Assembly: GCA_038727095.1 (NCBI GenBank)
Contig: JAVYWK010000009.1
Coordinates: 1 to 64,000, forward strand
Length of the DNA: 64,000 nucleotides
Direction of reading: 5' to 3'
Origin: Thermofilaceae archaeon
GTDB lineage: Archaea > Thermoproteota > Thermoprotei > Thermofilales > Thermofilaceae
The notes under the pieces are model-generated. The model was given only the letters and a program-made list of their open reading frames with translations. It made no database searches and had not been told where the DNA came from. A program made the translations under genes and the position numbers. Positions 59,895 through 64,000 of the stretch are shown here, piece after piece. The first letter of the stretch is position 1; every line of letters starts with the position of its first letter.

Positions 59895-61289
59895 GTGGCC
59901 GAGGGCAGTTACGGAAGCTCTTTCTGCGCTACGACTTGGGGTAACCCGGCTTCCTGGAGGTTGGCTAACTACGTGAATGGAGGATTGAGCGATACGGGTT
60001 TCTCAACACTAGGGATGCTGCAGAAGCTTGAGAAGCCGCGGATGCCGGTGCTCGTTGCGGTAGTAGATAGCCTCGCCGCCGAGGCTGAGTGCGAAACGTC
60101 CGACTACTCCGAGCTTAGGCGCGCGGTGGTGGAGTACGTGCGGAAGCACCTGTGCGGCGTGGAGGCGGAAGTCGAGGTGCTGCCCGGCATCTTGAGGGCG
60201 GTGAAGGATGGGCGCCAGTACACGTTTAAGGCGGATCTAGGAGATTTCCGCCTCCTCTACACTTACTCTCTCTACACGAGAGCCCTCAAGGCGGCGTGCG
60301 GAAGCGTTACCCGCATCGCCCTCGACATCAGCCACGGCGTGAACTACATGCCAACCCTCGCCCTCGACGCAGCGCAGGAGGCAGCGGCGATGCTCGCGGC
60401 AGCCCTGGCGCAGACCGTGGAGTTGAGGGTGTACCAGGCCGACCCCTACCCCCAACTCGGCCCCCAGGCTTCCAAGCTGGGTAGAAACCCCAGCAACCCT
60501 TGCGAGCCAATCGACCCGAGCGTGTCTCCGCCGGAGCTCGGCTACAACATTGTGCGCGAGTTTCGCGTGAACCCGTGGGACCTGGCCCGCTTCGTGGGGT
60601 ATCAGGCGTCAAAGGTCGAGAAGGTCCTGACCGATGAGAGGGTCCTCGGGGAAGCTCGGGCTGAGGTTCGGCGGGTCGTTAGGAGCGCGCTCTGCATCCT
60701 CGGCGCCTATAGGCTTGGCGCACTGGTCCAGCTGGCAGTTCTCGCGAAGACTACTTCACCCGAGGACCTCGAGCGCATCATTGAGGCGGCCGTTGAGGGT
60801 TGGCGGAAAGCCCGAACCGTGTACTGGAAGGGCTCAGCTGTGACCGTTGAGAGCAGAGCTAGGCTGAGCGAGGGGTTCCGCGCCCTACTCAACGCCCATG
60901 CTGTCCTAACCGGCGCGCGCAAGCTTCTAGGCCAGGCTGACCGGTGCTCACTGGAGGAGTGTACCGTGAGCTTCGACGAACTGCTTAGGCTCAAGCAGCT
61001 CGTCAAGGGCTCCCGCATAATCGTCAGGCTCATCGATAGGGAGCTCTCGAAGCTCAGCTACCTGAAGAGCCGCCTCGATCGGGAGTGGAAACCGTACTCG
61101 AGCTACAGGGGGCCTGAGGGGGTGGCTGACAGCCGGGAAGGCACGTTTGATCGGGACTTCATCGCCCACGCAGGCTTCCACTCGGACGTGCTTCTGGTGA
61201 GGCTGGCGGATAGTCAGCCGGAGCTAAAGGTAGACCTTAGCAGGTGGGAGAGCGTGGAGCGGGTCCTATTGAACACCGTTTACGCCTAA
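59895..61289 (+). CDS. csx1: Second Csx1 CARF-HEPN ribonuclease
   Basis: TTWGNP, DISHGVNY, QADP, RDFIAH (R-x4-H). Confidence 0.88.
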   Translation: MAEGSYGSSFCATTWGNPASWRLANYVNGGLSDTGFSTLGMLQKLEKPRMPVLVAVVDSLAAEAECETSDYSELRRAVVEYVRKHLCGVEAEVEVLPGILRAVKDGRQYTFKADLGDFRLLYTYSLYTRALKAACGSVTRIALDISHGVNYMPTLALDAAQEAAAMLAAALAQTVELRVYQADPYPQLGPQASKLGRNPSNPCEPIDPSVSPPELGYNIVREFRVNPWDLARFVGYQASKVEKVLTDERVLGEARAEVRRVVRSALCILGAYRLGALVQLAVLAKTTSPEDLERIIEAAVEGWRKARTVYWKGSAVTVESRARLSEGFRALLNAHAVLTGARKLLGQADRCSLEECTVSFDELLRLKQLVKGSRIIVRLIDRELSKLSYLKSRLDREWKPYSSYRGPEGVADSREGTFDRDFIAHAGFHSDVLLVRLADSQPELKVDLSRWESVERVLLNTVYA

Positions 61290-61610
61290 CTCGATCGCCA
61301 GTTAGGCGGACATCAAGGAGCATTAGTGCAGATCGAAGCTAGTGGACAGGTTCCTATCGACAATAGCTTCCCCGCATCCCCGCTCAACCCGCAGCAGCTG
61401 TGGCTCCTTCGAGCCTACGCCTCAAAGTGAGATAGCAGCTGTTTCCTAAGCCTCAAGCTCCCCGCTCCACCAGGCCCCTGTCGCCAGGAGAGCCCATTTT
61501 GGAAGGTTTATCGAAGCTTCTAGAGGCTAGGGATCTTTTTCGCGAAGTGCTTAAAGCCGTGGGAGCCCCCAAGGCTTAGCTGGTAGTTCGGCGCGAAAAG
61601 GTGGTGTGAC

Positions 61611-62027
61611 GTGGCGGAGACCGTGGCTGAGAGAGCGGTGGCACTCCTTGAGTCAGCGCGCAGGCTATACAGGGAAGCCGTGAGGGAGTTCGAGTCTGGC
61701 GTGGGGGAGGGCGGTTGGGTGAGGATCGCGGTTGCAGTTGAGAAGGCGTCCGGTGCTGTGGAGCAGGCGACTAAAGCCTTAGTTCTCATGCTGAAGGGTA
61801 AGCTGCCCAGCAGTTGGGAGGAGGATAGAGTCCTCGTGGAGCTCGAGACCAGCTTCCCCGAGGTGGCTAGGTTGAGGATCAGGGATAGGTATGCTGCTAG
61901 GCTCTCGTACCTCAGCCGTTTCCGCTACAGCCTCTACTCCTCTAACCTAAAGCTTGCGGAGTATGAGCTAGAGAAGGTTAAAGAGTACCTGGACGATATA
62001 TCGAGGCTGCTGAAGCAGCTGCAGTAG
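61611..62027 (+). CDS. PaREP1/HEPN-like protein
   Basis: AVEKASGAVEQATKAL, RDRY; helical HEPN-like pattern. Confidence 0.65.
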   Translation: MAETVAERAVALLESARRLYREAVREFESGVGEGGWVRIAVAVEKASGAVEQATKALVLMLKGKLPSSWEEDRVLVELETSFPEVARLRIRDRYAARLSYLSRFRYSLYSSNLKLAEYELEKVKEYLDDISRLLKQLQ

Positions 62028-62360
62028 CTGCAGGTACTAGCCCCGCCCAGCCTCCTACGCGGAGGGGGTCGCTTGCTGTCGAGGCCACATTGATGGGGCT
62101 GGGCCGCCGGCACCCCCACTCCTGACTAGTGCTTCGAGAACGGTACCCGCCGCGCAGGCTTGCGCCGCACTTTCAGCGTGTCTGCGGGATGCCGGAGGGC
62201 TCGCATCGGAAGCACAGCGCTGTACAAAGCTTCTGGGGCCGCGGGGGGCTGGGTCGTGCTCACACTACCGTTTTTCGGAAGGTGTCCGCACTCGGCGAGC
62301 CCCGCGGGTCTGCGCGGCGCCGGTAGTGCACTTAACACCGGATATGCTTATTTCATACCG

Positions 62361-62681
62361 ATGGGTAGGAGGAGTGTGCTCCTGCAGGTGAAGGTTCCCG
62401 AGAGCGTGGTTGCCGCGCTGGATAGGCTGGTTGAAGCGGGGATTTTCCGCTCAAGGAGCGAAGCTGTCGCTGAAGGGATTCGCCGCGTCTTAAGCGCTTA
62501 CAGCGTGCTGGGTGAGGGGTTGGCGCTCATCGAGGGGTACGTTGCCGGCCGCGTTGAAAGGAGCTTGGGTCCAGGTAGCCTGGTTGAAGTCGACGTGGAG
62601 GAGGCGAGGCGGAGGATTGCTGCCTTCTTCGGGACAGACGATGTCTCCGAGGTTCTGCGCAGGCTAAGGGTGAGGCTTTGA
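62361..62681 (+). CDS. RHH antitoxin
   Basis: QVKVPESVVAALDRLVEAGIFRSRSEAV. Confidence 0.8.
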   Translation: MGRRSVLLQVKVPESVVAALDRLVEAGIFRSRSEAVAEGIRRVLSAYSVLGEGLALIEGYVAGRVERSLGPGSLVEVDVEEARRRIAAFFGTDDVSEVLRRLRVRL

Positions 62682-63131
62682 TCGCCGTTGACACCGACGT
62701 GCTGGCAGTCTACTTCATCTTCAGGCGGGACTCGAGGTTCGAGCACGCTAATAGCGGTCGTCGACTCCGACCAGCTCAAGGCGACTACCGCGGTTAACGC
62801 GCTAGAGCTCGCCAGCTTGATGAGCATTACGCAGAGCGGGGTGAAGGCGAGAGAGCTCTTCAACCTCCTGCACAGGAGAAGGGACTTCCAAGTGCTCTAC
62901 TGGAGGAGCTGGCCCGACCAGCCGGTTTTTGTCGCTCGAGCGCTGGAGTACGTAGCAGCCCGCAGAAGCCCTCTCGTCGACGCGCTGATCGGATGGATCC
63001 TCGAGGAGAACGGTGTCGAGCTCCTCGTCACGTGGAACACGAGGCACTACTCGGGCCGCTACCCCTTCGAGGTTGCGACACCAGAGCAGTACTTTAGGCC
63101 GGCTGAGCCGCAGCTAGCCGCTGCAGTCTAA
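62678..63131 (+). pseudogene. Frameshifted PIN toxin
   Basis: TTG start gives IAVDTDVLAVYF, then a frameshift into NALELAS...DALI...TWN. Confidence 0.7.
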
Positions 63132-63519
63132 GCGCGAGCTTCCCGAGCGGGTCGGCACTCGAGGAAGCTTCGCGCGGAAATATGGAGCGGAGAGCCGGGC
63201 AGGGCGAGCCACCTCCCTCGGTGAGCTTCCGCAGGCTTTTCCCCCTCGCTGGCAGTCCTGGGAGGGTTGAACCTCACCGCGCCGCGGAGGTGAGCGTGCT
63301 TAAGATCTGGTGCACCGGTATAGCTCTGCTGAGCGCTCGCAGCTAGAGCTGGCAGCGCGCTGCAGGGTCGCACTTGCTCCTCCACACGCCCACCCTGGAA
63401 GGATGGACTGAGCCGCTGCTCAAGGAGCCGAGAGGGCCTTGCGAGCGCTCTTCCGGTTCTGCGGGATCCGGAGGGTGTTCTCAGCGGCTAGGCTGGAGTG
63501 CGGCGCGCCTGGAGCTCTT

Positions 63520-63892
63520 TCATAAGCAAGCGGGCTGGCCTGATCTCCCTGCGGAGAGGGTCGAGCACCAAGCCGAAGATGTCCAGCGTGACGGTACCAA
63601 GGGTGTTTTCATCCTCACTCTCGCCTAAGATCACGGGAGTGTGCTACTCGCCGTAGCCTTTAAGCTCGATCAGCACCTCTGAGACACCTCGCTTTATAGT
63701 CGTTCCGTCGGCGAGAACGAGCTCGACGTCCCCCATCTTCTCCAAACCTAACCTCTCCCAAACGTCGCGCTCAAGCACGGTGTAAGTCGCGCCTGAATCG
63801 ACCAGCAGCTTAACCGGTAGCGCTACACAACCTTTCTTGACAACAGCTTCAACGTGGACTAGGCTCACGGCGCTACGAAAACGCGGCCGCAC
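63520..63892 (-). pseudogene. Clan AA aspartic protease with in-frame TAG at 63644-63646
   Basis: LLVDSGA, LADG, then TAG followed in frame by HTPVILG...TLGTVTLDIFGLVLDP. Confidence 0.75.
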
Positions 63893-64000
63893 TTAGCCTT
63901 TTCCCTTCGAATGCCGTGAAGAGACCCTAAAACCACCCAAAGAGCCTGCGAAGTGCTCTTTAAGCTCTATCCCGCAGCTGAACACGGTCCTCATCTACAC

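Noticed and set aside
63644-63646. In-frame TAG as possible recoding
   Set aside because: No pyl genes are visible and the region is rich in pseudogenes, so a nonsense mutation is simpler.
1-64000. tRNA, rRNA, integrase or transposase genes
   Set aside because: None recognised.

Overview
GC-rich archaeal DNA, most likely a Thermoproteales member and probably Thermofilaceae-like, judged from cas gene order, repeat style and gene content. The window is a large defence island. From left to right: a wHTH-NurA-like/HerA pair, vapBC, csx1, remnants of a decayed type I locus, a type III-B cmr operon (cmr4-5-1-6-2-3, minus strand), CRISPR array 1 (~72 repeats), a complete type I-A module (cas6, csa3, csa5, cas7, cas5, cas8a, cas3', cas3'', cas2, cas4, csa1, cas1), CRISPR array 2 (~46 repeats) and an extra Cas4-like nuclease. 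About 28 kb follows, dense in HEPN-MNT, VapBC and HicAB modules, four retropepsin-like proteases, many pseudogenes, an ECF transporter operon and a second csx1. Main unexplained signals: (1) the NurA homologue appears catalytically dead and is fused to a wHTH; (2) Cas10 has a degenerate HD domain but an intact GGDD; (3) a third CRISPR-like repeat (GCRATCAAGAGATARTAGAAAG) is scattered as mini-arrays or solo units at five sites; (4) clan AA proteases are repeatedly interleaved with toxin-antitoxin modules; (5) near-identical and homologous spacers occur within and between arrays. All family calls come from motif recognition by eye, with no database searches, and repeat counts are manual.
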